Origin: Craspedostauros australis
Lineage: Eukaryota
Length of the DNA stretch: 63,563 nucleotides
Reading direction: 5' to 3'
NCBI GenBank assembly: GCA_030167865.1
Contig: JALAGF010001691.1
Location: 1-63,563 of the forward strand
The position numbers were made by a program, and so were the translations under genes. Position 1 is the first letter of the stretch; each line of letters opens with the position of its first letter. Shown piece after piece: positions 13,040 to 24,735 of this stretch. The notes under the pieces are model-generated. The model was not told the origin of the DNA. It searched no databases and was given only the letters and a program-made list of their open reading frames with translations.

Positions 13040-13780
13040 ATGGCGACGTTCGTGGGGTCGACGGGCAGAGACCTGCTGCTGGAGCTGCAGCGCGGTGATC
13101 GCAGCAGTGGCAACAACAACAACAACGGTTCTCGTGGTGGCCAAGCCGTGGACCTGCCAACGTACAACAACAAGCTTGTGCGTGCAGCATTCGAGGAGCT
13201 GCAGGATGCCGTGCGCGGATTGTCGGCCGAAGTGCAAGCAGCCGAGCAGATCGCGGCCTTTCGAGAGCAGCAGGACGGCAATGATGACGCATCCAGTGGC
13301 AAGCAACCACCGAAACTGGAGATGCACGTGCGACCCTCGTTGCTTCTGCACAATGCGACGATCCAACGACAAAAGCGATGTCTGCTGACGTATCACAAGG
13401 TCCGCATGGACCGCATCCGACATCAGATCGTGATGGGCGACGGAATGCCAAGCAACCCAACCAATTCCAAATCTACCGATGCTTCCACCGCCGTCTCCGA
13501 ACAACCGCTTTCGGAGGCCGAGCTGCAGTTCGCCCAGAATTACCAGCAGCTGCGCATGCAGTACGCGGCCGCCATGGACGTGGAGCTCGACATGCTGCCA
13601 CCCACGTCGCACATGATCCAGGTGCGCGTGATCATCGATCAGGGCGACATCGTTCTGGAGAGCGGACGCACGGTGCGTCTGTCGCGCGGCAGCATCCACT
13701 TCGTGCCGCGGTCCGATGTGCTGCCATTCCTGCGGGCGGGGACGTTGGAGTTGGTGGATGGGGAAGAGGTGGATATGTAA
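13040..13780 (+). CDS. PSF1: DNA replication complex GINS subunit Psf1
   Basis: GRDLLLEL, LPTYNNKLVR, IQRQKRCLLTYHKVRMDRIR, LSEAELQFAQNYQQL, PPTSHMIQVRVIIDQGDI...SIHFVPRSDVLPFLRAGTL match GINS1/Psf1. Confidence 0.92.
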   Translation: MATFVGSTGRDLLLELQRGDRSSGNNNNNGSRGGQAVDLPTYNNKLVRAAFEELQDAVRGLSAEVQAAEQIAAFREQQDGNDDASSGKQPPKLEMHVRPSLLLHNATIQRQKRCLLTYHKVRMDRIRHQIVMGDGMPSNPTNSKSTDASTAVSEQPLSEAELQFAQNYQQLRMQYAAAMDVELDMLPPTSHMIQVRVIIDQGDIVLESGRTVRLSRGSIHFVPRSDVLPFLRAGTLELVDGEEVDM

Positions 13781-14283
13781 AGGACGCTATTGCTCCAATC
13801 AATGCTTTGGTGCTTCGTTGGTGTTGAGGGTTTGGAATTCTGCGTTCCATGAATACAAGTAATGGAAGGTGGCGAAACCACTCCAGAGAGGCTTCGGAAA
13901 CCGTGAATTCTTCGGCGCAACAAATGGCGAATCCGCTCTACTTGGTGGACTGCGCGGGGATGTTGTACAGTGCGACGAACGGAAACAATCATGTATGTGA
14001 GTACATGCGCCATGCAATTTGGCTACTTCCAACTCCGTTCACTCTCACTGCATAATCTACCACGCAGATAATCTCCAGAGTTGAGTATAGCACGATATGG
14101 ACCAGCATGTATGGTACGCCAACACAAGTGAGGAGTTGGTATCATCCCACACTCTAGAGAATCCAATAAAAGTCTCCATGACAAACACCATTCCTCTCTC
14201 CAGAGAGAGAGAGAGAGAGAGAATACGATATTGTGTCAATGCTACAGTGCCCTCTCCATGTCAATATAGTGAACAAACACCCT

Positions 14284-15135
14284 TCATCCTCTAGCAACGA
14301 GTCTGTCCTTCTTCTCCTTGTCCGACAATTTTCGATCGTTGGTTGTGAACAGACTGTCCAGCACGGAATTCGACTTGGCGGCAGCGCCAACCTTCGACCT
14401 GGCCGCATTGGCAGCGGTGATGCTGTTCGGCTTGTGCTTGCTGCTGTTGGTACTGCTCTGTTTCTGCTGCTGTTTCTGCTGCCGCTTGCTGTCCTTGTCA
14501 CCCTTCCCATCCTTTTGGTCACCCCGTTTCCTCTTCTTGTCCTTCTTCTTATCCTTCTTGGCCTTGCGTCTGGCGGCCTCCTCCGCGTGCTCCTTCTCCA
14601 CGCGGGCCTCCACCTCCTTGAGAATCTGCGGCGGCGGTGCCAGCCTGACCTTGCGCTGGATGGGACCGTACTCGGCCTCCATCTCGTCACCCGGCAGCTG
14701 CGCAAACGCGCTCTCGCTCAGCACGTTGTTGGCGTCGGCGTTGCCCGGCACGATGAGCACGGCCGGCACCGACCCCTTGAGTGCCTTGCCCGTGACGGGA
14801 CACACGGCATGGCCTGCCTCCAGCTGAAAGCGCACGCTGTACAGATCCGACATGCCGCGAATGTGCGCGCCCAGCTCATCGGTTCCGTGCGTCTTGCGGC
14901 GCAGCAATGCCTGCACGGCCGCCTCCTTGACGTAGAGACGGCCGTAGGGACATGCCACGATGGGGACGTCCTGCGCATGCAGCTGCACCTTCGTGAGGCA
15001 GCACGTGGACATGACCTCCTCTGCATTCTCCGCCGCCTTCTTCTTGCGATTGCCGTAATCTGCCGTCTGGTCCGCGGATCCCGCGCCGCGCATGTATTTG
15101 CGGTTCGATGCGATCACTCCACCATCGCCACCCAT
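14284..15135 (-). CDS. RTF2: Replication termination factor 2 (Rtf2) family RING-like protein
   Basis: N-terminal MGGDGGVIA, C-x-L-T, PIVACPYGRLYVKEAAVQALL, HIRGMSDL, CPVTGKAL, a Lys-rich tail and a C-terminal SLFT: the Rtf2 pattern. Confidence 0.88.
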   Translation of the reverse strand: MGGDGGVIASNRKYMRGAGSADQTADYGNRKKKAAENAEEVMSTCCLTKVQLHAQDVPIVACPYGRLYVKEAAVQALLRRKTHGTDELGAHIRGMSDLYSVRFQLEAGHAVCPVTGKALKGSVPAVLIVPGNADANNVLSESAFAQLPGDEMEAEYGPIQRKVRLAPPPQILKEVEARVEKEHAEEAARRKAKKDKKKDKKRKRGDQKDGKGDKDSKRQQKQQQKQSSTNSSKHKPNSITAANAARSKVGAAAKSNSVLDSLFTTNDRKLSDKEKKDRLVARG

Positions 15136-15537
15136 GGTTGCTGTTGCTGTTGTTGTGACTGGATGCTCACAGGGTTGATGCCTTCTCTCTTTCTCCTTTG
15201 AGAGTTGTGTAGGGTATCTGTCTCCTCGTCATCAACTGTTGCCACCAACGTCGTGTGTTCACGATGTTCTTGTTCACGTGTGTGTTGTGGTGAGCAGTTT
15301 TCTTCGTTTTCTTTCGTGTTGTTTTGGGTGGATGGAATAGCGTGATTTACTTTAGTCATATGAGTCGAATGTTGTGTTTCAATGTTGACTCAAATGAGTC
15401 GAGGGTCCATTTCGCGCGCAAAAACACGGAATCGTGATGTCTCTCGCTGTGCTGTGGTGATTGTGTTCATCCTGGCACAGCAAACAGGTGACAGACATCG
15501 TGGCACCAACCTCCCTCCTCTTGGTGATGGTCTGCTC

Positions 15538-17205
15538 ATGAACGATGGCAGATCAACGATGCCGAATAGCAAGTTCCCGTTCATCGGAGCGATCTCAAGA
15601 CCTCGGAATGCAGGTGCAAACACTTCCTCGTCACAGCAACGGCAATTGGTCAGCACGGATGCGGCATCGTCACGTGCCAAACTGGGTGCTGCCAACTCAG
15701 CAGTTGCACACGATCGGCGCAGGACTCTGATCTTCCTGTCCTTCTTCTTGGCTTGCCTCCTCACATGGACTTCGTTCATCGTTTCCAAACGAGTGTTCGA
15801 AAATGCGATCAGTCCCGACCAATTCAACGATGGTGTGCGACCGTCCATCGTGGAAGTTCCGTCGCAGCACGAGTATGGCATCAATGGCAACGACAGAAGC
15901 AATCCCATTGACACTGCCAAACAGCAACCCATTGATCATGGAGACTCTGCCATCGCGGTTGCTGAAGATCAGAAAGGAGGGAATGAGGCAACCGCGCATC
16001 GCAGACTGTACGTCTGTGGGTGGCCGCTGCCAAAGACGATGGAAGCATTGTTCGGCGTGGCGTCCAACGCAACGGTGTCGGAAGCACTGTCAGCATCGTC
16101 AGCTTCAGCATCGATATCATCACCATCCAATCCGCCCGCAACTTCGTCAGTGAAGAACTTCATCTACGCCGGGGAGTACCATCGCGGTGCTCCGTCCTCA
16201 GCGCGGGATGTCCTGCTGTTTGGAATGCACGGCTCATGCAACGGTACAACCAAAGAGGATAAGATCAAGCCGGATTACGTGGAGTCCAATTTTGCCGGCA
16301 ACGCCCTCTTCGTCAACGGCGAACCGTACGGCAATCTCTTCCCCCTCTCCAACTACCCCTGCGGTCCTCGATTCGGCTGCCCGCGATCGACGCAACACCT
16401 TTACCAGATTGGCAGCGTCATGGACTCGCAGGATCCGCACGCGATGCGCGTCTTCTATGCTGCCGTGGTGCTCCTCGAACGGTTTTCCATCGACCAGCAC
16501 CGCTGGATATTTGAGCACGACCGCAAGCGTCACGCGCAGCAACCAGCGGCACCGTTGCCACAGAAAGATGTTGTCGGACGCAACCTCGCAACCACACCAC
16601 ATGGCGTCTACAACGCCGTCATTTACATGTCGCGGCGTTGCGTGGAGCATCGGCAGACGGCGGCGTTGAAGATCTCTGCGATCGTTCCGCTGCATTTTGG
16701 ATCGCATTGCAAGCCAGATGTGCAGAAGGCTACCGTCAAGGCAGCCAAGACGGCGCAACCACGTCGCGACCGACCAAGGATAATGAAGGCGCCGGATCGG
16801 TCATTCACGGGCATCAACGGACGCGAGAATTACTGGGACAACTACAAGCTCTATTCCACCTACAAGTACTGTCTCTGCATGGAAAACACCAATCGGAAAG
16901 GATACATCTCGGAAAAGATACTGTTGGCTTTTCTGGGCGGTTGCCTTCCGATCTATTGGGGCACGCAAGAAGTGTTCGAAGTCTTCAACAGGCATTCCTT
17001 CATCTACTACGACGTCGATGACCCGATGGCTGCGCTGGATCAGATCCGGTACTTGGAATCCAACTACACGGCCTACCAGGAGATGATGGTGTCGCAACCG
17101 ATCCTGAAAGATGGACTCAAGACGATCGAGAACTTCTTTTCATTAACGGATTCCATTGGGGAAGGCACCTTGAAGCGGCGCGTCCGCGACATGCTCGGAG
17201 TGTGA
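15538..17205 (+). CDS. Glycosyltransferase family 10 (alpha-1,3/4-fucosyltransferase-like), type II membrane protein
   Basis: Single N-proximal TM (TLIFLSFFLACLLTWTSFIV), a stem region, and the GT10 motif YKYCLCMENTNRKGYISEKILLAFLGGCLPIYWG. Start codon uncertain (15538 or 15559). Confidence 0.88.
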   Translation: MNDGRSTMPNSKFPFIGAISRPRNAGANTSSSQQRQLVSTDAASSRAKLGAANSAVAHDRRRTLIFLSFFLACLLTWTSFIVSKRVFENAISPDQFNDGVRPSIVEVPSQHEYGINGNDRSNPIDTAKQQPIDHGDSAIAVAEDQKGGNEATAHRRLYVCGWPLPKTMEALFGVASNATVSEALSASSASASISSPSNPPATSSVKNFIYAGEYHRGAPSSARDVLLFGMHGSCNGTTKEDKIKPDYVESNFAGNALFVNGEPYGNLFPLSNYPCGPRFGCPRSTQHLYQIGSVMDSQDPHAMRVFYAAVVLLERFSIDQHRWIFEHDRKRHAQQPAAPLPQKDVVGRNLATTPHGVYNAVIYMSRRCVEHRQTAALKISAIVPLHFGSHCKPDVQKATVKAAKTAQPRRDRPRIMKAPDRSFTGINGRENYWDNYKLYSTYKYCLCMENTNRKGYISEKILLAFLGGCLPIYWGTQEVFEVFNRHSFIYYDVDDPMAALDQIRYLESNYTAYQEMMVSQPILKDGLKTIENFFSLTDSIGEGTLKRRVRDMLGV

Positions 17206-18998
17206 ATGGATGTGAACGCGGCAGTCGAAGGTGGCGTTGGGTGAGACAAATTCTGCAGCGCGCGCTACCTCTGCCTCAGCTGTCGTGTATTGTACTACGT
17301 ATTGTATCCACACGCACGATGACGCCTCCAGTCACGACCGCAGCGTTTGTGGTGGTGGCAGTGGGAATGATAACGAAACTGTTCCGCAGCAGCAGCAGCA
17401 GACAATTAACATGCAAGGACGCGTCCCGATACGATCGACTTGTCCCAACACTCCTGCGAACGCTTGGTCCATGTCCGTCCGCACATGACGAGGTAAAAGA
17501 CACAGAGCAGCTGATCAAAGCCAGACATGTCGACAGGTCTGGAGTGAACAGAGGCACGAAGCGAACGGCAAGACCATTACAACACGCGGCATGTCTTCGA
17601 GCGCCTCCAACGCCTCCCAGTGATCGTGTCACGAAATCCCACCAGGCGCCGCCACAATAGGAAACGCTACTTCCTCGTTTGAATAGCCACGGCAACTCCG
17701 CTCTTCCTCTTCTGCGAATCTTGGGACGACAAAAGCAAACATCTATCGTGCGTGGCCACATCGCAATGACCCTTGCAGTGTTGTGCCAATGGAATGCTCT
17801 TGCGTGACGGTATCAGGTTGATAGTCGTAGCTTGTGGGAGCAATCACAACATGAAAGTGCCGGACTGGTCCAAAAGTACGGTTCGCCCTTCTCCCAAAGG
17901 TGCGCCACTTGCGTCATCGTGTAGTGAGGTACAGGCACTCCCCATCAGGATGATTGTGGACGGCGCTTCGCGATCACGGCCGAGAACCATTTGATGGCTG
18001 GTCGGAATGCTCACACGGTTCGTACGAGTGCTCACAGATCAGATCACATCAAACCCAGTGTTGCAATTGCTTTAGGCGGAGTTTCCTCCCTGTGATTTCT
18101 TGGTTCGTGAATGCCGATTCTGTGAGATGTGCAAGCTGTAGCAGTTCGAAATCAACAGGCAAGAACGAACAATCGGAACAGCCCCGGGAGTGAGAATGAG
18201 AAACAACAGAAGGGAGAACGATTGGCCTGTATGTGTTGGTGATGTATTACACGAGCTCTGCGTGCGTCGCGTTGATTTCTGTTGTATGGCATGTTCTTTA
18301 TTGAGTGCTGCTGCGCCACACGATTGTATGCATACGCACGCACAATGAACTACCACACACATCCAAACTCTTGCAAGCCAATACTTCAACCAGCCAGCAT
18401 CAAACCCTCCCAAACAAAGTATCAACCCAGACCGTTCGTTAGTCGTGTTGAAGTCTCTGCTGCGCAAGACAACAAGCCTGTTCATCCCAGCAGATAACTG
18501 GTGTGGATGGACATCCTTCGAATTCTGATCACCTCTGCGTTCCGGTTCCTGGAGTCTCATCACCGTCGCTGTCGTGGCAGACAACAATTCATACCTCGCA
18601 TGAGAGGTGGCACGAAGAAACACTACTGGGAGATGGTGGTACCGCCCGTGATGTTGTTTGTGCGGTTGTTGCAGCGACTGTCGAGGAACGAGGACCGGAG
18701 CGAGACGGCATCACAAGGAGTCTGAGAATCACTGCGAAACCTTCGCAAGAGCTCATGCATGCCATGTTGCGATCGCCCAAAGAGCGAATCAGGATGGAAG
18801 TCAGAGAGACGAGATTGGTGTTGCTGTCTATGCCATGCGCACTCTATTGGTACTCCCATGCATGATCGCACTGCAACCTCCCCCCCCTCCTCGTTCCGTT
18901 TCTACCTGATCCTAATAGAATAATTTCGATCTAATCTGAAAATCTATTGTATACTGTTCTACGTACTGCTTCCAAAATGAACAGAGCCACAAGCCTGC

Positions 18999-20075
18999 TT
19001 ATGCTGCTGGAGCAACCTTTGGTGTTTTCAAAAACAGCGCATTCATCAGAATGCCCTGCAGCTGTGGCTCATGCATGATCTCGACGGATGTTGTGACGTC
19101 GAGGCGATGCCTCTGCTGCGCGAACGACTCTTCGTCAGCCATCGTGGCTGCAGGGTCGTCTTCTTCCATGCACGCAGACGTCTGCTGCGAAGGTTCATAC
19201 TGGCGCTGTTCGCCCATGCATGATTGCTCGTACTCAGCAGCCTCCAGAGCACACGCTCTGACCAAGTGGGAGAGATCGGCCAGGATGTGCCTCGCGGCTT
19301 CGAATCTGCCCTGGGTGTAGTAGAGCTGTGCGAGGTTGTTGTGCGCTGCCAGGTTGACGAGGAGCGACACCTGCGACAGCGCCATGCTCGATGTGAAGGC
19401 AGCAGCGTGATCAGCCAGGAGCTTGAGCACCATGCCGTACAGCTTCTCCGCCTTGATGTAGCACACGCGCTGGTTTTGCCGCGATGGTTGTTGTTCCGGG
19501 CAGTGCGGATCTTGGTGCTTCTTGGGGCAGGCCTGCTGCAACAGCGAGGACTCGGCGCAGATTGCGCCGCGATGGTGCTCCAACGCCAAGTTGAAGATCA
19601 CAGCAGCCGAGCAAGCTTGGACGTCGCCGTCTTCTGGGCAGTGTTGGTCCGCAAAGGCCGGCGACGATTCTGCCTCCTGGTTCAAAGCTGACAGCGGGAT
19701 CGTGACAGCATGATTGAAGATGTACTCATGCTGCACACCAGAGTCGTTCATTCCGGAGATTTCCGTCAACGTGGCTGCGCAAATGGCAGATGCCGCGGTC
19801 GGGGACCATGAGCATGCGCCTGCGTCGGCTTGTCGTGCGTCTTGCTGCTGATGGCCGCATCCATCAAGATTCTTCTGGTGCGATCCTGCGGCGGTGCTTG
19901 TCAGATTGGTGGACATGCTTACTTGCTGCTGTCTCATTGCATCGATCCTGCCATTCTCCATCTTCAGCATCTTGATGGATGAAGTGAGGGATTGGAGGCC
20001 GGCGGCGCTCGAACCATCAGCGAGCTGCTTCACTCCCTGGTTGTTGAGGTTGATTGCATCGATGAAGGATGTCAT
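18999..20075 (-). CDS. Diatom-type TPR-like helical protein of unknown function
   Basis: 358-aa ATG-started ORF with AINLNNQGV, SAAVIFNLALEHH, KAEKLYGMVL, LAAHNNLAQLY and a C-terminal APAA, a motif pattern I recognise from an expanded diatom family. Confidence 0.75.
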   Translation of the reverse strand: MTSFIDAINLNNQGVKQLADGSSAAGLQSLTSSIKMLKMENGRIDAMRQQQVSMSTNLTSTAAGSHQKNLDGCGHQQQDARQADAGACSWSPTAASAICAATLTEISGMNDSGVQHEYIFNHAVTIPLSALNQEAESSPAFADQHCPEDGDVQACSAAVIFNLALEHHRGAICAESSLLQQACPKKHQDPHCPEQQPSRQNQRVCYIKAEKLYGMVLKLLADHAAAFTSSMALSQVSLLVNLAAHNNLAQLYYTQGRFEAARHILADLSHLVRACALEAAEYEQSCMGEQRQYEPSQQTSACMEEDDPAATMADEESFAQQRHRLDVTTSVEIMHEPQLQGILMNALFLKTPKVAPAA

Positions 20076-23000
20076 ATTTGCAGTGGGTTCAATTTGTGAT
20101 TGTGATTGTGGTTGCGATTATGATTTCGTTTGCGCCTTTGGCGAGATTGTGGATGCCTGATTGTGGTTGTGTCTTTGATCTGTGTTGTGGCAGGTACATG
20201 TACGAGTACGTTGGGGAAATCACTTGCGGTGGGTTGCGGTGGTTGTTTCGTTCTGGTGTTGGTGCTGGATCAGGATTTATGAGATGAACCAGAACCTGTT
20301 CGGCGAGTACGGGCGAATGTGCGAGGGCGAGCGTGCGGATCGACGAGCGACTTCGACGATGGCACAAAAAGGAGAAATCAGAAGAGTCATGGTTGACTGG
20401 GGTGTCTTGTGAAATGCGTCGTGCAAGGCAACAGCGGGACAGTCCCCAGTTCGTCGCCAGCACAACAACGCTCTGCCCACCTCATCGTGGTACCTGCCTC
20501 GTGTATGTTAAAGGGTACGAGAATGGTGCCGGTCTCTTCCATCAGCGCGTTTTGAAGTCTCTCGTGTGGAACCCAAAGTTGGGCCATGATTGAAACGCGC
20601 TCCCCAGAGTTGCCAAAAGACTGTCACCTGCGAAGGCAGAGGTAGAATACACTTCGTTGGTGTCAATCTGTCGATGTCATCGATGACCCTTGCGTTCGGC
20701 GCATTCCCTGCCCAGTTCCATCATTCTTCGATTGTTTGTTCGGTGCTCATCATGTCCAGCAAAGAGGATTGTCAAGACCATGGACATCAAACTATGAAGA
20801 GTATCCTTCTTGTGCGCTTTCTCGCATCTTGTTGGGCACGAACAGGTTAGTTGTGAGACAACAAGTTGGTGAACAAGCGTTCGTCGCGCTTCAAGTAGGG
20901 AATGTATCTGGACGCTTTGCTACGTACGGACAACTTGAAGTCTCAAACGTGACATACGCCTCTATGAACCGCAAGTTTGGTCCCTCTCCCGGCGACGTTG
21001 CCGTGGTGAACATAACCTCGAACTTCGAGACGTTCTTGTGAGCTGCGGCACCACAAGATGACCACCAAGAAAACGCATTTCCTCACGCAGACTAACAACA
21101 GTCGTTTTGGGACAGTCACAATAGGATGCTCGTCGCGAGCAAGAGACAACGCAGAGACATTGATTCTTCCAAATCCACAAGCAAGTCACGAGAACGTCCA
21201 GCACAGACCACACAAAGCATCAATCCAACAAGCACATGAAAGCAAGGTGAAAGTGAGGCTGCGGGATGACACGTCATGACAAGAATGCATGGTTGAGTTC
21301 GAAGCACGTTCCTGCACAACCGACATGTGGAACCGGACCAGAGGTGGCCTACAAATGTCGCTGGCCGTTCTCTTGCCGTACGATGCATTGTATAGGTAGT
21401 ACGATTCAACATGGTCTTGCTGCAAGACAGTGCAAGATCAAGAACCAACGCAGTTGATACAGCAGAAACGAAGGAACGGATGACGGAAGCCCAACATCCT
21501 TGGGCCAACACCGAGCGCTGTCTTTGCAATGATCGAGAAGGTTTGTCGCTTTACTGCGGTTCTCCTGCCTCAACTCCCTGCCGACGATCGACCTACCTGC
21601 TTGAATGGTGCAGGCAATAATACAGAGGAATCTAGAGAGAGAGAGAGCATCTCTGCAACCAACGGGCGTGCTGACTCAAACCAACTGCGAGACTGGACAG
21701 CTTGAGCGGCGGTTGTCGAAGATGCGGCGCATAAATACTCGCAGTCTACGATCTTCTACAATCGTTGGTAACTGGTATTGATGTGCAGATGGATCATGGT
21801 GGACCATGGACATGGACAAACGCAGGCCTTCGTGGAGTGCTCGTACCTGGGCCATTGCATCACGTACCCGGACGAATTGTGCCTGGCCGAGCGTGAACTG
21901 CGTGAGGACTGCGTTTGCCTTCACTGCACCACAACACTCGCGAAACAGCGTGGATGGAGAGGGGCATATCGTGCGCGTCCTTCCACGCTCCTTCCACCAC
22001 GATCGTCGGCCACCATCGCGCGTAAACGCACAAGTACCTATCTTGTCCCCCATCCTCCCGAGCAGAAAACGCAAACTCCATCTGGAGGTTCTCTCTCCCA
22101 AAGAGCACATTGCATTAGTCTGCAGTATGCTGCGAGTAGTAGTCATGATGTGCTGTCCACAACTCCCTGAACAAGAGGAGCAGCGGTTTCGCAAGACGTG
22201 CACCCTCCACTTATTCTTATGATTGGGCCCACACGCCCCCTGCGGCATGTCGCTGCCGATGTTTTGGCCCCACCAATGTTTCCACCAGAAATTCCTCCTC
22301 CTCCATACGTCTGGTGTTTGGTCGTCACAGCAGGCAGCGAGCAACAGGCAACAGGCAGCAAGACGAACCAACTGACCCAACATTCGGTTTCACCTTGCCA
22401 CGTTCGGCTTTGCCCTGTGACCATCTTCCTATCAAGGCGAGCCTTGCAACGATTGTGCCATGTCAAGAGCATGAGGATGATTGCTGCGATTGCTGATTCG
22501 GGTAGCGACGATACGTCCAAGACCGACAGAGTCCATGTCATCCACGGACGATCCCGGAGTGCCGACTTGATCGGTGCGTGGCGGGGCGGTTGCTCCTGAG
22601 GATGCTTGCAGGGCTCTCCACTTGCATGTGATCGCGAACATGGAACATTCTGTGAGAATTTCTTGCGCTCCGCACACCTCCAGCAACAAGCGACACTTGG
22701 AGGTGGGCCAAATCGTCGCAGCAGGTCTGGCTTCATGGGGAGGGGCCTCAAGTCTCCAGTCTCCGTTCTCTGCCATGTGGCGAGGGACAAGACGTCTCCA
22801 GCGTCACCAACCGCTACCTTCGACTTATCCTTTCGATCCATGCCACAAGGTGTACGTGGCATTCACGATCACACGGATGAGAGCAACCAGCATGATTCTA
22901 GAGTAGTACGAGCACCCTCGTTGTTTTACTCCGAACGAAATGAGATTTCCGAGAACTTTGTTGCCTTCATTCCTGTTCGTGATCCTTGAACCGAGTTGCT

Positions 23001-24735
23001 GTGATCAGGGAGGTTGAAAGGTGGTTGCCGCAGAACCGATGCCCTCTTTCTGTGTTGGGATGGGCCGTGTTGGTGATGTCCGTGGGCAGAAAACAGAACA
23101 AGAAAGGAACCAAAAACGTGGAGGCTTCCTGGTGGATAGCAGTGTCGACCAAGACGAACGAATCACGCGCTTCGATCGTGGAAATACGCGACTCAGGTGA
23201 ACGCAATCAGACAAGAGCAAAAATGGCGCGTGAGATCACCAAATCCGCGGTTTCCCTTCCTGCCTCGCAGAATGAGAAAGGCGAGATCAGACAAGACAAC
23301 AGCTACGGCGAAGGAATGAAGTGGAGGGAAGATGGTGCTGCAATGTGGCATGGGATGGAGGTGGGCAGATGAAGGTGGAATCAACAATCAATACAATTGA
23401 CGAGCGTTGATGAAGTGCGGAGTTCACAATGATGACTATTGGTATGGCATCAGTGATGGCTGGCAGAGATCCATCCGTGTGGCGAAGAGAAGAGACGAGG
23501 CGAAACGTATCAGCACACGACATGATCGAAAGCAACGGCCCGTGATCAAGAGAAGAAGATGATGGAAGATGCGAGATGGAAAGATGTAGAGAGACGAAAA
23601 ACAGCATTGCTCCTCGAAGTATGCCATCAAGATCGGCGGCATCGCCAATGCCAGCTCCTACAACATGCGGATCGATGGTTGGGGTACCATCGCGGGAGAT
23701 GACCTGCAGCCGACATCGCAATACTGGGGAGGGCCACGCCTGCACAATACCCACATACCAGACATGTTGGTCGTCGACGAAACTCCGACAAGCGCAGTTG
23801 CTCGAAGTTCTCCAAAGTAAGATACCCAGCATGCACGCGACACGACAAACCACTACAAACATGCATGCTTGCACGCCAAGCATCCGGGAAGAGAGCATGC
23901 TCTCGCGTTGCGCACGCAATCTGCCCATCCCTCTTGGTGAGCGCCTGCGCAGCGTCCAAGCGATTGTGCCAAGGTGCTCCCATGTATAATAGCCAATCGG
24001 ACAGACACTACGTTCGCCTGTGTTACTTGCGTGAAGTGCCGTCAATCACTGCCAAATGGGACACCACAGATCATGACGATTCTATCATCTTCCTCACGAC
24101 CAATCAAGCATGATCAAGTCTCCACACTACACAACGCCATATATAATAGGTCGCACGAGTACCATGTTCGATCAGGCTCCCCCAGACGCAAAGAAAGGAT
24201 ACACGTTGGCAAAAGGATCCTACCAACAAGGGCCAGGTGACAGACCTGCCAGCTGTTGCGATTGACTACGAGGAGTTGACAGGAACAGCCATTCTGCTAT
24301 GTGGAAGTTTAGCATGGATGCATGGATATACACATCACTCGTTTTATTTTTATATAGTTTGATATTATATGAGGTTATCGTTTTTCTTCAGATTCGAAGT
24401 CTACGACCTATTCTGGAAAAGAATATGATGGTTGGACTCATATGATCGGATAAAGCGGGACTAAATGGTTGTTTTCGTCACGCACGATTCCGAGCTGTGT
24501 GATCAATCGGATGGACGGAACTTCAACAACCAACGCCATTTCGTTGGGTGGCTGTTCTGCCTTCTGTCGTTCCTCCTTCGCCAGATACCAACCAGATTGG
24601 CGCAGCGCCAAACAACCTCAACAACCTCGACAACCTCCACAACCTCAACAACAGCGCCTTCCACTCACATACTCGCGTCGAATTGCACATCCTACCACAC
24701 CATCGCACACTCGCACTACGATAGGACGGAGCACG

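Noticed and set aside
14233-15201. 322-aa ORF antisense to RTF2
   Set aside because: Shadow ORF; its Leu-rich stretch mirrors the Lys-rich codons on the real strand.
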